This document shows positions 1 through 9,845 of a stretch of DNA of 64,000 bases, piece by piece (positions within the stretch are counted from its first letter, which is position 1; each line of letters opens with the position of its first letter). The notes beneath the pieces are model-generated. The model was not told the origin of the DNA. It ran no database searches and was given only the letters and a program-made list of their open reading frames with translations. Both the position numbers and the translations under genes were made by a program. The DNA comes from Candidatus Pelethousia sp. (lineage in GTDB: Bacteria > Bacillota > Clostridia > Christensenellales > CAG-138), in NCBI GenBank assembly GCA_034933245.1, contig JAYFNX010000013.1, positions 939-64,938 on the forward strand, read 5' to 3'.

Positions 1-40
1 GCAAAAGCGGGCCCGTGTTTCCTTTGGAAAGGATTGTACC

Positions 41-976
41 ATGAGCGAATATAAGACAAACCTTAGCACGAAACTCGGTTCTTTGACCTTGAAGAACCCG
101 GTAATGCCTGCTTCGGGCGCTTACGATTATTTTGAAAATAATGCGAATCTGTTCCCAATGTCCGAACTGGGCGCGGTAATGGTTAAAAGTGTACATTTTG
201 AGGTGCGTCAAGGCAATCCTCCGCCCCGGGTAACGGAGGCGCAAAGCGGAATGATTAACGCGGTGGGCATTCCTTCCATGGGCATGGAGCGGTTTTTGAA
301 GGAACAGCATCTTGCACGGTATGCCGAACTGGGCGCGCCTATGGTACTCAGCATTTCAGGCAGTACGCCGGAACAATATGGCGCGGCCGTTTCCATTTTG
401 GCGGATGATGCGCGGGTTTCGGCATTGGAGTTGAATCTCTCTTGCCCGAATGTGGGAACAGGCCTTCCCTTTTCTTCGGACCCTGCTTTGCTGGAACGGA
501 CGATGAAAGGTGTGCGGCCCCATACCAAACTTCCTATTTTTGTAAAGCTTTCCCCCAATGTGGCGGATATTCGTCCCATTGTTAAAGCTGCGCAGGAAAG
601 CGGTGCGGATGCGCTGGTAATTGCCAATACCTATCGGGCTATGAAGATCGATATTCGCAAACAACGCTCTGTCTTGGGCAGGGTGTCCGGGGGATTTTCC
701 GGCCCGGCCATTAAGCCTATGACCCTTGCCCTGGTGTATCAGGCCTATGAGGTAGCCGATATTCCCATCATAGGATGCGGCGGTATTTCCGTTTGGCAGG
801 ATGCGATCGAGTACTTCCTGGCGGGCGCCACGGCAATCCAGGTAGGCTGCATCAACTTTACGGAACCCTTGGCCATGCCGAATATTATCCGCGGGGTGGA
901 CAATTATCTACAGGATATGGGCTATGAGAGCCTGTCCCAGATTATCGGTTTAGCCCATCAAAACAACAACGAGTGA
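41..976 (+). CDS. class-1 dihydroorotate dehydrogenase / dihydropyrimidine dehydrogenase (PreA)-like flavoenzyme
   Basis: 311-aa ORF with DHOD/DPD TIM-barrel motifs LKNPVMPASG, ELNLSCPN and GGISVWQDAIEYFLAGATAIQVG. A hairpin lies downstream. Confidence 0.8.
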   Translation: MSEYKTNLSTKLGSLTLKNPVMPASGAYDYFENNANLFPMSELGAVMVKSVHFEVRQGNPPPRVTEAQSGMINAVGIPSMGMERFLKEQHLARYAELGAPMVLSISGSTPEQYGAAVSILADDARVSALELNLSCPNVGTGLPFSSDPALLERTMKGVRPHTKLPIFVKLSPNVADIRPIVKAAQESGADALVIANTYRAMKIDIRKQRSVLGRVSGGFSGPAIKPMTLALVYQAYEVADIPIIGCGGISVWQDAIEYFLAGATAIQVGCINFTEPLAMPNIIRGVDNYLQDMGYESLSQIIGLAHQNNNE

Positions 977-984
977 ACCTATTC

Positions 985-1023
985 ATAAGTAAAGCCTCCG
1001 GATTTCCCGGAGGCTTTACTTAT
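985..1023 (+). terminator. stem-loop after the DHOD-like gene
   Basis: Inverted repeat ataagtaaagcctccgg / ccggaggctttacttat (17-bp arms, 5-nt loop). No clear T-tract follows. Confidence 0.4.
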
Positions 1024-1088
1024 GGGCTATAGGGAGGGCCCCTGCGTGGTATACTAAAAAACAAGAAACGGGAGGGAGGTGCGTTGCG

Positions 1089-3050
1089 ATGAAAAACCAT
1101 CTGCAGGACCAAACGAGCCCCTATTTACTTCAACATGCGGATAACCCCGTGGACTGGTATCCCTGGAGCACTGAGGCTTTTGCAAAAGCCAAGGAGGAGG
1201 ATAAGCCCATATTCTTAAGCATTGGGTATAGCACTTGCCATTGGTGCCACGTGATGGCCCGCGAATCCTTTGCGGATACGGGTGTGGCCAGCCTACTAAA
1301 CCGCTATTTTGTTTCCATAAAAGTGGACCGGGAAGAACGGCCGGATATAGACGCGATCTATATGGCCGTATGCCAGGCGTTTACAGGGGGCGGAGGTTGG
1401 CCTTTAAGCCTGTTCCTTACGCCTGAACAAAAGCCGTTTTTTGCGGGCACCTATTTTCCCAAAGCTGGCCGGGGCAATCAGATGGGCTTTACCGCACTGC
1501 TGGCCGCTATTGCGGGGGGATGGCGGGAGGACCGCAAAGCTTTGCTGCAATCTGCGGAAAAGATTGTAGCCTATGTGCGGGAAATGGAAGCATATCGCCC
1601 GGCAGGAAAAGCAAGCGAAAACGAGGCCACGTATCTTGTCAAACGGGGCTTGGACTGGTTTGTAAGCAATTTCGACGCAATCGACGGCGGGTTTGGCTCC
1701 GCGCCCAAGTTCCCTATGGGGCATCAGCTTTTGTTTTTATTGGATCACCACGGGGCCACAGGGGACGAGAAAAGCTTAGCGATGGCCGAAAAGACCTTGG
1801 CGCAGATGTATAAAGGCGGATTATTTGACCACATTGGCCACGGTTTTTGCCGTTATTCCACCGATAGACGCTTCCTCGTTCCCCATTTTGAGAAGATGCT
1901 CTACGATAACGCCCTTCTTATTTTGGCCTATAGCAAGGCATATTCCCTTACCGGCGCATCGTTTTATGTCCGGGTCGCCAAGGAAACGGCAGAGTATGTT
2001 CTGCGAGAAATGCGCGGTTCGGACGGCTGCTTCTACAGTGCGCAGGATGCGGATAGCCAAGGAGAGGAGGGCAAGTATTATACCCTTACCTATGAAGAAA
2101 TCCTTGCTTTACTGGGACAAGAAGCGGGCAACGCTTTTTGTTCCCATTATGGAATTACGTCCTTGGGAAATTTTGAGGGGAAGAACATTCCAAACCTGCT
2201 GCACGATCCTGCCGAGGAAGCGGATTTTGACGGGTCGCGAGAGGCTGTTTATGCTTACCGGCTGGGTCGATACCCCTTACATTTGGACGACAAATGTCTA
2301 ACGGCCTGGAACGGATTGATGATCGTTGCGCTTGTTCAGCTTTTCCGGGTTTTAAAGGAAGAACAATATTTGGACGCCGCGCGGAAAGCGGAGACGTTTT
2401 TGCATCAGAATCTTATGGAAGAAGCATGCCTGCGGGTTAGCTTTCGCGCCGGGCAAAAGGGTGGCCCCGGGTTCTTGGAAGACTATGCGTTCTATGGCTT
2501 GGGCCTGATGGCGCTCTATGACGCCACTTTGAACGTCGATTATCTTCACCGGGCCCTTGCATTGGTGAAAAAGACGATTCAAGAATTTTACGACGAGGCG
2601 AACGGTGGCTTTTTTCTTTCAGGACAAGGAAATGAACGGCTTATTTTATCCACAAAGCCCACCTATGATGGCGCGTTGCCCAGCGGAAATTCCGCAATGG
2701 CTCACTTGCTTTTGGGAGTGTCCCGGCGGACGAAGAGCCCGCAAATACGGGATTACGCCGAAAAACAATGGCAATATATGCTTAACCTGGCAGGAGAACA
2801 TCCGGCGGGCTACAGCTTTTTTATGAGCGCACTGCTCTCGGAATTGTACCCCCCCGTTCAAGTCGTTTGCGTGTTGGCGGATCCTGCTGATCGGGAGAAA
2901 ATTCGCAAGCGGATACCATTGGAAACCGTTATTTCCATGCAAGAAAAGCCGACAGAAGGCTATAACCTGCTGCATGGCAAAACGACTTTCTATACCTGTA
3001 AAGGTCACGCCTGTTTGCCGCCGACCAACGATATGGAGGCGGCGCTATGA
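1089..3050 (+). CDS. thioredoxin-domain protein, YyaL/DUF255 (N-acylglucosamine 2-epimerase-like) family
   Basis: 653 aa. The N-terminus [31 protein letters not shown] is typical of the DUF255 thioredoxin-like domain. A long alpha/alpha-toroid-like C-terminal region follows. Confidence 0.8.
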   Translation: MKNHLQDQTSPYLLQHADNPVDWYPWSTEAFAKAKEEDKPIFLSIGYSTCHWCHVMARESFADTGVASLLNRYFVSIKVDREERPDIDAIYMAVCQAFTGGGGWPLSLFLTPEQKPFFAGTYFPKAGRGNQMGFTALLAAIAGGWREDRKALLQSAEKIVAYVREMEAYRPAGKASENEATYLVKRGLDWFVSNFDAIDGGFGSAPKFPMGHQLLFLLDHHGATGDEKSLAMAEKTLAQMYKGGLFDHIGHGFCRYSTDRRFLVPHFEKMLYDNALLILAYSKAYSLTGASFYVRVAKETAEYVLREMRGSDGCFYSAQDADSQGEEGKYYTLTYEEILALLGQEAGNAFCSHYGITSLGNFEGKNIPNLLHDPAEEADFDGSREAVYAYRLGRYPLHLDDKCLTAWNGLMIVALVQLFRVLKEEQYLDAARKAETFLHQNLMEEACLRVSFRAGQKGGPGFLEDYAFYGLGLMALYDATLNVDYLHRALALVKKTIQEFYDEANGGFFLSGQGNERLILSTKPTYDGALPSGNSAMAHLLLGVSRRTKSPQIRDYAEKQWQYMLNLAGEHPAGYSFFMSALLSELYPPVQVVCVLADPADREKIRKRIPLETVISMQEKPTEGYNLLHGKTTFYTCKGHACLPPTNDMEAAL

Positions 3051-4348
3051 GCTCAATTTGGCAAGCCGGGGTGGAACTGCCCGCTTTTGCACAGTTGGAA
3101 GAAGACCTAAAAGCAGAGGTTCTGATTATCGGCGGGGGACTCGCAGGCTTACTGTGCGCCTATTTTCTGCATAAGGCGGGGGTGGACTATATTCTGGCGG
3201 AGGCAGAGACCATCTGCTCGGGAACCACAAAGGATACAACGGCAAAAATTACCGCGCAGCACGGCTTGCTTTACCACAAGCTCCTTCAAGATGCCGGCCT
3301 GGAAAAGACGCGGCTATATCTGACGGCTAACCAGCAGGCTCTCACACAATATGAAAGCCTTTGCCAAAATATTGCCTGCGGCTTTGCGCAAAAAGATGCT
3401 TATGTTTATAGTCTGGACGACGGCGAAAAGATAGACAGGGAGATGGAGGCTTTGGCGAGGCTGGGCTATGAGGCGCGCTTTGCATCCGAACTGCCACTGC
3501 CTTTTCGGATAGCCGGGGCGGTACGGTTTGTGAACCAAGCCCAATTTAACCCCCTTCGCTTTGCGGGGGGCATTGCTCATGGCCTTCGGATCTTCGAGCA
3601 TACCAAGGTGGTGAAGCTGGGAGATCATACGGCCGTTACCGCCAAAGGAACCATAACGGCGGAGAAGATCGTGGTGGCCACACATTTCCCCATTTTCAAT
3701 AACCACGGGGGATATTTCCTCAAGCTATACCAGCATCGGTCCTATGGGGTTGCCTTGGAGAACGGGCCGGATGTGCATGGCATGTATGTGGATGAAGCGC
3801 AAAATGGCATGTCATTTCGAAACCATGAAAACTTCCTACTCCTTTGCGGAGGGGATCACCGCACGGGTAAGAAGGGAGGAAACTGGGCGGAGTTGCGCGC
3901 CTTCGCACAGCGGCATTATCCGGCCGCAAAGGAGCGCTATTATTGGGCCGCCCAGGATTGCATGAGCCTGGACGGCGTACCCTATATTGGCCCTTATTCC
4001 AAAGCCACGCCGGACCTGTTTGTGGCTACGGGGTTCAACAAATGGGGCGTGACGGGTTCCATGGCGGCGGCTATGCTCCTTACCGATCTGGTCCGGGGCA
4101 GGGAAAACCCGTTCGCTTCGGTCTTTTCACCAGCGCGGAGCATGTGCAAGCCACAGCTCTTCTTAAACGGGCTGGAATCCACCCTTGGTCTTTTAACGCC
4201 TACCCGGCCCCGATGCCCCCATTTGGGTTGTGCGCTCAAATGGAACCCTGTGGAACATAGCTGGGACTGCCCCTGCCATGGTTCCCGCTTCAGCGAAGAG
4301 GGAAACCTTATCGATAATCCGGCTACGGGCGGCCTAAAAGGAAAATGA
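3047..4348 (+). CDS. FAD-dependent oxidoreductase with C-terminal Rieske [2Fe-2S] domain
   Basis: 433 aa with dinucleotide-binding motif [17 protein letters not shown]. The C-terminus has CPHLGC...CPCHGSRF Rieske ligands. The ATGA start overlaps the upstream stop. Confidence 0.75.
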   Translation: MSSIWQAGVELPAFAQLEEDLKAEVLIIGGGLAGLLCAYFLHKAGVDYILAEAETICSGTTKDTTAKITAQHGLLYHKLLQDAGLEKTRLYLTANQQALTQYESLCQNIACGFAQKDAYVYSLDDGEKIDREMEALARLGYEARFASELPLPFRIAGAVRFVNQAQFNPLRFAGGIAHGLRIFEHTKVVKLGDHTAVTAKGTITAEKIVVATHFPIFNNHGGYFLKLYQHRSYGVALENGPDVHGMYVDEAQNGMSFRNHENFLLLCGGDHRTGKKGGNWAELRAFAQRHYPAAKERYYWAAQDCMSLDGVPYIGPYSKATPDLFVATGFNKWGVTGSMAAAMLLTDLVRGRENPFASVFSPARSMCKPQLFLNGLESTLGLLTPTRPRCPHLGCALKWNPVEHSWDCPCHGSRFSEEGNLIDNPATGGLKGK

Positions 4349-4381
4349 AAAGCCCATCCAGAGACGCATGCCATTGGAAGG

Positions 4382-5656
4382 TTAAATCTCCGCCTGGCGG
4401 CCCGCGGTGTATACGGCTGCAATGGTGGATTTATCCGCAAGATACAGCACGCGCTCCAACCGCTCCTCCAAGGTGATGGAAGGATTATAGGCAAAATTCC
4501 CATCGTTGAATACCACGGCATGCAGAGGCTCGCCCAGGCCGAAACCCGGCTGCGCGCCGAAGAATGCCTGGCCCGCCGTGGTGATAAGGTAAAAGGCTTC
4601 CCGCACGGTCAGGAAAGCCTCCTGCTTCCCACTTTGGAGCCAACGCATTTTTGAAGCGCGGATGGCTTCCGTGGCAACATCGGTCATGGAGAGCTTGGCA
4701 CCGCCGGCAATATCGCTGCCCATGCCCACAAGAAGCCCTTCATCCAGCATTTTGCGCAGGGGCGCAATGCCGCTTGCAATGTTGGTGTTGGAATCCGGAC
4801 AATGGATGGCCCATACCCCGGCCGCCTTCATGGCCGCCCGTTCTACCGCATCGCTGTAAACGCAGTGCGCCATCAAGGTGTGTTCGTTCCAAAGGCCATA
4901 TTTTGCATAAGTTTGCCAATATTGTTCGCAGGTAGGGTGCAGTTCCTTAACCCAGGCGATCTCATCCAGATTCTCGGAGAGATGGGATTGGATGGGGATA
5001 TCGGGATGCGCCTTGGCGATTTCACCCAGGCCGGCCATAAGCGCATCGGTACAACTGGGGGTGAAACGGGGGGTCAGAATGGGCTTCATATATTTATAAA
5101 CATCGCACTCTTCGATAAAACGGACGGTCTCGGCGAGGGATCCCTCCGTTGTTTCCGTAACGCTTGGCGCGCTGTTACGGTCCATATTTACCTTCCCGAC
5201 ATAGCCGGTAACGCCGGCTTTTTCCAACTCGCGCATAAGAACATGGGTTCCTTCCCGGTGGATACTGGAAAAGGCGCATATGCGGGTTGTCCCCCTGCGG
5301 ATGAGCTCTTTGGCCAAGCGGCGGTATACGGTTTTTGCATATTCCGTGTCCAGAAAGCGGGCCTCCGTGGGGAACGTATAGGTATGGAGCCAATCCAGAA
5401 GCTGTAAGTCCATCCCCAAGCCCAGCATAGGGAACTGAGGGGCATGCAGGTGAAGATCCGAAAAGGCAGGGGTAATGAGCGCATCCCCATAGCTGATAAC
5501 CTCCGCGGGACAGCCTGCGGGTAGCTTCTGACAAATGGCTTCTACGATTCCGTTACGGGTGAGAATGTAACCACCGGGGATAGTGGTGAGCTCACCCAAG
5601 GCGGGCGCAAAAACAAGATTCCCTCGCAGGGCGCATAAACCTTGCATGGTACGCAT
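4382..5656 (-). CDS. guaD: guanine deaminase (amidohydrolase superfamily)
   Basis: 424 aa with the metal-site motif PAFSDLHLHAPQ and QSHLSENLDEIAWV, both characteristic of guanine deaminases. HCPDSN lies near the C-terminus. Confidence 0.8.
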   Translation of the reverse strand: MRTMQGLCALRGNLVFAPALGELTTIPGGYILTRNGIVEAICQKLPAGCPAEVISYGDALITPAFSDLHLHAPQFPMLGLGMDLQLLDWLHTYTFPTEARFLDTEYAKTVYRRLAKELIRRGTTRICAFSSIHREGTHVLMRELEKAGVTGYVGKVNMDRNSAPSVTETTEGSLAETVRFIEECDVYKYMKPILTPRFTPSCTDALMAGLGEIAKAHPDIPIQSHLSENLDEIAWVKELHPTCEQYWQTYAKYGLWNEHTLMAHCVYSDAVERAAMKAAGVWAIHCPDSNTNIASGIAPLRKMLDEGLLVGMGSDIAGGAKLSMTDVATEAIRASKMRWLQSGKQEAFLTVREAFYLITTAGQAFFGAQPGFGLGEPLHAVVFNDGNFAYNPSITLEERLERVLYLADKSTIAAVYTAGRQAEI

Positions 5657-5742
5657 GAAATGACCTCCTTACAGATATGCGGATATAGATTTCAGGCCGC
5701 AAAGAAGGGGCGGGAAGAGGGCCGACGGGGCCCTCCGCTTCC

Positions 5743-6345
5743 TCAGAAGGATTTGGAGACCTCGGCTTTGAGCTGCTCCAACTCCTGCTTGCAGTCAATG
5801 TCCCTAAGTTCCACATCTTGATCCACCTGGTAGAGCAGCAGCGCATCCTCATGGGCGCAGATCACATGGCTACCGCCGTTTTCCGCAGAAAGGGCGCGGA
5901 GCTCACCAAAAAAACTTTTGGGGAAGATGGCGGGATTTCCCCGCCGCTTGCCATAGCCCATGGCCACAATGTGCCCGGGTCTGGCCTGCTGGTAAAATTC
6001 AAGTTCGCCCAGCACCGTTTCCTGCCGGAGGCAAGGCTGATCCGCCACCATGAACATGGCTGCATCCACCTCGCCTATGGCATCCAGGCCCAAGGTGATG
6101 GTGCGGCTGATACCGGCGGCAGGATCCGGGTTTAAAATGGAATCAAAACCGTATGTTTCCCCCAACTCTAATACGGAAGGATACTGGCTTACCACAACAA
6201 CCCGTTTAAAAGCACCCTTGGGAATGGCTGATAGGGCATGCTCAACGAGGGGCTTACCCATAAAATCGGCCAGAAGCTTGTTTTCTCCAAAACGGGAAGC
6301 GTTTCCCGCAGCCATGAGCACACAGCCAAGTTTCTGCTTTTTCAA
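5743..6345 (-). CDS. MobA/MocA-like nucleotidyltransferase (molybdenum cofactor cytidylyltransferase-like, YgfJ type)
   Basis: Motif LGCVLMAAGNASRFGENKLL matches the MobA-like NTP transferase P-loop. The tracked ORF reaches 6393. I prefer the TTG at 6345, which overlaps the upstream TGA (TTGA coupling). The start is uncertain. Confidence 0.65.
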   Translation of the reverse strand: MKKQKLGCVLMAAGNASRFGENKLLADFMGKPLVEHALSAIPKGAFKRVVVVSQYPSVLELGETYGFDSILNPDPAAGISRTITLGLDAIGEVDAAMFMVADQPCLRQETVLGELEFYQQARPGHIVAMGYGKRRGNPAIFPKSFFGELRALSAENGGSHVICAHEDALLLYQVDQDVELRDIDCKQELEQLKAEVSKSF

Positions 6346-7703
6346 TCGATTATACACCTGCTTCTGTGAATATATTTCCCTTGGCCGGCGCATAGGAACG
6401 CACCGGCCTCGACAACGAGTTCGCCGCCTACCAGTACATCCCTTGCCCGGCCCTGAACGGCGAAACCCGCATAGGGGGAGTTATCACAATTATGTGCGTG
6501 ATTCGTGTCGGTAATGCGCCCCGTGTAGCTGGGATCCCATACCAGCAGATCCGCCGCCTTGCCCTGGGCGATCTGGCCGTGGTCCGGCATGCCGAAAAGC
6601 CGTGCCGCGTTGGTGGAAAGGAGAGCGACCATGCGCTCCAAGGATAGGCGACCTTCGCACACGCCATAGGTATAAAGAAGCTGACCCCGATGCTGCACGC
6701 CGGGAGCGCCGTTGGGAATTTTTGAAAAATCATCCTTTCCCATAGCTTTTTGCGCCATGGTGAAGGAGCAATGATCCGTTCCAATGGTATCGATTTCTCC
6801 GACATGAAGGCCCTGCCAGAGAGATTCATTATCCCAGGATTTGCGAAGGGGCGGGCTCATAACAAATTTGGCGCCATCCGCATCCTGATAGCGCTGGTCC
6901 GTCAGCAACAGATATTGGGGGCAGGTCTCCAGGAATACCTTTTGGCCGCGGGCCCTCGCCCGGCGGGCTTCATCTAAACCTTGGGCCGTGGAAAGATGCA
7001 CCACATAGGCGGGGGCGTGGGCAAGCTGGGCGATGCGCAGAAAACGGTTCACCGCTTCGGCCTCAATGGCGGCGGGGCGGGAAAGGGGATGGCCGTAGGG
7101 AGCGGTGATACCGCTTTCCTTTACCTGACGAACCATCTGCAGCAATACATCCCAGTTTTCACAGTGTACGCCAATGAGAGAACCCAAGCGGGCGGCTTCC
7201 TGCAAAGCCTGAAAAATTTGCCCGTCATCCACGCGGAGGGCATCGTAAACCATGTACATTTTATAAGAAGTAACGCCTTGCTCGCACATGGCCGTCATTT
7301 CCCGGCGCACGCCTTCGTCCCACCGGGCAATGGCCATGTGGAAACCATAGTTACAGCTCGAACCACGGGCCTTTTCGTGCCATTGCGCCAGCGCTTTTTG
7401 CAGGGAACCCTCCCGTTCCTGGGTGGCAAAATCCAACACGCAGGTGGTGCCGCCCAAAGCGGCAGCCTTGGTCCCCGTAACAAAATCGTCCGCCGTAACG
7501 GCGCTGCCCGTGTCCAAGTCGAAATGGGTATGGGTGTCAATAAAACCGGGAAGAACATAACATCCCTTTGCATCGATGATCTTGGCGCCGGCGGCGGCAA
7601 GATTCTGGCCCAAGGAAATTATGCGGCCGGCCTCCACCAGAACGTCCAACCTGGCGCGCCCGCCCGCGTTTACAATGGTACCGTTTTTAATAAGCGTTTG
7701 CAT
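6342..7703 (-). CDS. D-hydantoinase / dihydropyrimidinase
   Basis: Motifs GFIDTHTHFDL and SYKMYMVY (carbamylated-Lys region). The start is set at MQTLIKNG (ATG 7703), which is preceded by GGGAGG. The longer tracked ORF start (7772) has no RBS. Confidence 0.8.
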   Translation of the reverse strand: MQTLIKNGTIVNAGGRARLDVLVEAGRIISLGQNLAAAGAKIIDAKGCYVLPGFIDTHTHFDLDTGSAVTADDFVTGTKAAALGGTTCVLDFATQEREGSLQKALAQWHEKARGSSCNYGFHMAIARWDEGVRREMTAMCEQGVTSYKMYMVYDALRVDDGQIFQALQEAARLGSLIGVHCENWDVLLQMVRQVKESGITAPYGHPLSRPAAIEAEAVNRFLRIAQLAHAPAYVVHLSTAQGLDEARRARARGQKVFLETCPQYLLLTDQRYQDADGAKFVMSPPLRKSWDNESLWQGLHVGEIDTIGTDHCSFTMAQKAMGKDDFSKIPNGAPGVQHRGQLLYTYGVCEGRLSLERMVALLSTNAARLFGMPDHGQIAQGKAADLLVWDPSYTGRITDTNHAHNCDNSPYAGFAVQGRARDVLVGGELVVEAGAFLCAGQGKYIHRSRCIID

Positions 7704-8131
7704 GATGAAGCCTCCCATGAACGATTGAAAACTGCAAAACAAATGAGCTGGCAAAAGAAAAAGCGACCGCATGGATATAGAATACCACAGCGGCGCTCAT
7801 AGTAGACCGATAGGCGGCCCGTAGAAACGTTCGCGCCATTCCCGCGAACCTATATGAGCCTAATAACTTATTTATAGGATACCATTTTGCGAGGCGCTTT
7901 GCAAGCAACTGCCGATGTATTTAAAATAACATAACGAATTCTTTAAATTATTTGCGTTCGGGGGGTTACTATACGTGAAGGCATATGTTATACTACAGGA
8001 TAATAAAAAGAAAACTAAAAAAGTTTGCCCTCTACTAACACATTTTTTGCCAAACTATTCACAATCCGTAGGCTTCTCCACATTGTTGCCGCCGCGGCAA
8101 AAGCAGGAAAAGAAGGAGGTATGCGCATCAA

Positions 8132-9823
8132 ATGAAACAACATGAGCTGATTCGCGCGGCCCTTACGGGAGACGCGACGTTGGTTATTAAAAATGCAAAC
8201 GTGGTGAATGTATTTACCGGGGAAATTATTCGTGCCGATGTGGCCCTTTACGAGGATACCATCATTGGTGTTGGCAGTTTCCATTGCGAAAACGAAATGG
8301 ATGCCGGCGGCGCATACCTGTGCCCCGGTTTTATCGATGGGCATGTCCACATCGAATCCTCCATGGTGATTCCGGAGAGCTTTTGCCGGGTCATCATGCC
8401 CCACGGCACCACCACCATCATTGCCGATCCGCATGAGATCGCCAATGTGGCGGGCGTGGCGGGGATACGGGCCATGTATAAACTTACCGATGATCTGCCG
8501 CTGCGCGTTCTGTTCATGATGCCAAGCTGCGTGCCCGCAACCCCTTTTGAACACAGCGGGGCGGAGCTGGTGGCCGAGGATATGGAGCAGTTCCTGCGAA
8601 AAAGCCGCATCCTGGGCCTGGGCGAAGTGATGGATTATGTATCCACCGTCAATGGAAAACGGGAAATGATGGATAAGCTGCGCTTGTTCGATGGAAAGCC
8701 CATAGACGGCCATGCGCCCCTGCTTTCCGGCCGGGAACTCAACGCCTACCGGGTGGCGGGCCCCTCCACGGACCATGAGTGTTCCAATTATGAGGAGGTG
8801 CTGGAAAAGCTGCGCACGGGCATGCGGATTCTTATCCGGATTGGCTCCGCAGCCAACGGCATTGAGGAACTTTTACGTAAGATCGTAGAGAACAAACTGC
8901 CTACGGATAACATGTTCTTCTGCACGGACGATAAGCACTTGGAGAACATACGCGCCGAAGGACATATCAATTGCATAGCAAAGCTGGCCGTTTCCTGCGG
9001 CATGCCGCCGGTGGAAGCCGTGCGCATGGCCAGTTACAATGCCGCCCGGGCCTATGGCCTTAAAAACGTGGGCGCTATTGCCCCCGGGTACAAGGGAGAC
9101 ATGGTTCTCTTTGAGGACCTGAAAGATTTCAAGGCTTTGCGGGTATTCACCCGCTTTGGAAGGCTTTACGATCCCGCCTTTACCATGAACATGCCCATCC
9201 TGCCCCCCGCCGTGTATAACAGCGTACGTGTAGATAGGCTAAACGAAGGCGACCTGCGCCTTTCGGCCAGGGAGACCATGCCCGTTATCGGCTTAATTCC
9301 CGGGCAGCTTGTCACAAAGCGGCTGGACTGCAAGGTGCGGCGGGATGCCGCCGGTAGCTTCCTGCCGGATGAGAAGCTGGCGAAGCTGGCCGTTATCGAG
9401 CGGCACCACAGCACCGGCCATATTGGGCTGGGCATTGTGGAAGGCTTGCATATTCAAAACGGCGCCATTGCTTCTACCGTGGCGCATGACAGCCATAACC
9501 TGGTTGTGGCCGGCGACAACGATAGGGATATGTTGTTAGCCGTGGAAGCGCTTAAGGAATGCGGCGGCGGCTATTGCGTGGTAAGCAGGGGCATTGTGCT
9601 GGCACGCCTGCCCCTTCCCATTGCGGGCTTGATGTCCGAAGCGCCCATTGAGGATGTACTCGCCCGCCAGCAGGCCCTTCTAAGCGCGGCAGCCAGCATT
9701 GGATGCGGCGGCCAGAGCGATCCCCTTGTTACCCTTAGCTTTCTGGCCTTGCCGGTAATTCCGGATATACGGCTAACCGACGAGGGACTTTTTGACGTGA
9801 CGACCATGAGCTTCATTAGATAA
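8132..9823 (+). CDS. ade: adenine deaminase
   Basis: 563 aa. GFIDGHVHIESSM and the overall N-terminal pattern match adenine deaminase. An AGGAGG RBS lies upstream. Confidence 0.85.
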   Translation: MKQHELIRAALTGDATLVIKNANVVNVFTGEIIRADVALYEDTIIGVGSFHCENEMDAGGAYLCPGFIDGHVHIESSMVIPESFCRVIMPHGTTTIIADPHEIANVAGVAGIRAMYKLTDDLPLRVLFMMPSCVPATPFEHSGAELVAEDMEQFLRKSRILGLGEVMDYVSTVNGKREMMDKLRLFDGKPIDGHAPLLSGRELNAYRVAGPSTDHECSNYEEVLEKLRTGMRILIRIGSAANGIEELLRKIVENKLPTDNMFFCTDDKHLENIRAEGHINCIAKLAVSCGMPPVEAVRMASYNAARAYGLKNVGAIAPGYKGDMVLFEDLKDFKALRVFTRFGRLYDPAFTMNMPILPPAVYNSVRVDRLNEGDLRLSARETMPVIGLIPGQLVTKRLDCKVRRDAAGSFLPDEKLAKLAVIERHHSTGHIGLGIVEGLHIQNGAIASTVAHDSHNLVVAGDNDRDMLLAVEALKECGGGYCVVSRGIVLARLPLPIAGLMSEAPIEDVLARQQALLSAAASIGCGGQSDPLVTLSFLALPVIPDIRLTDEGLFDVTTMSFIR

Positions 9824-9845
9824 TGAGATTAGGAGGAGATACCGA

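Noticed and set aside
6981-7802. 273-aa ORF antisense to the hydantoinase gene. Similar antisense ORFs occur at 8015-8776, 12281-12958, 28466-29374, 33371-34204, 33940-34545, 35250-35915, 49173-50003, 57488-58048, 60660-61259, 61359-62207 and 62311-62916.
   Set aside because: Each lies entirely inside a confidently assigned gene on the other strand. None has an RBS or a recognisable motif, and all show the skewed composition typical of shadow ORFs.
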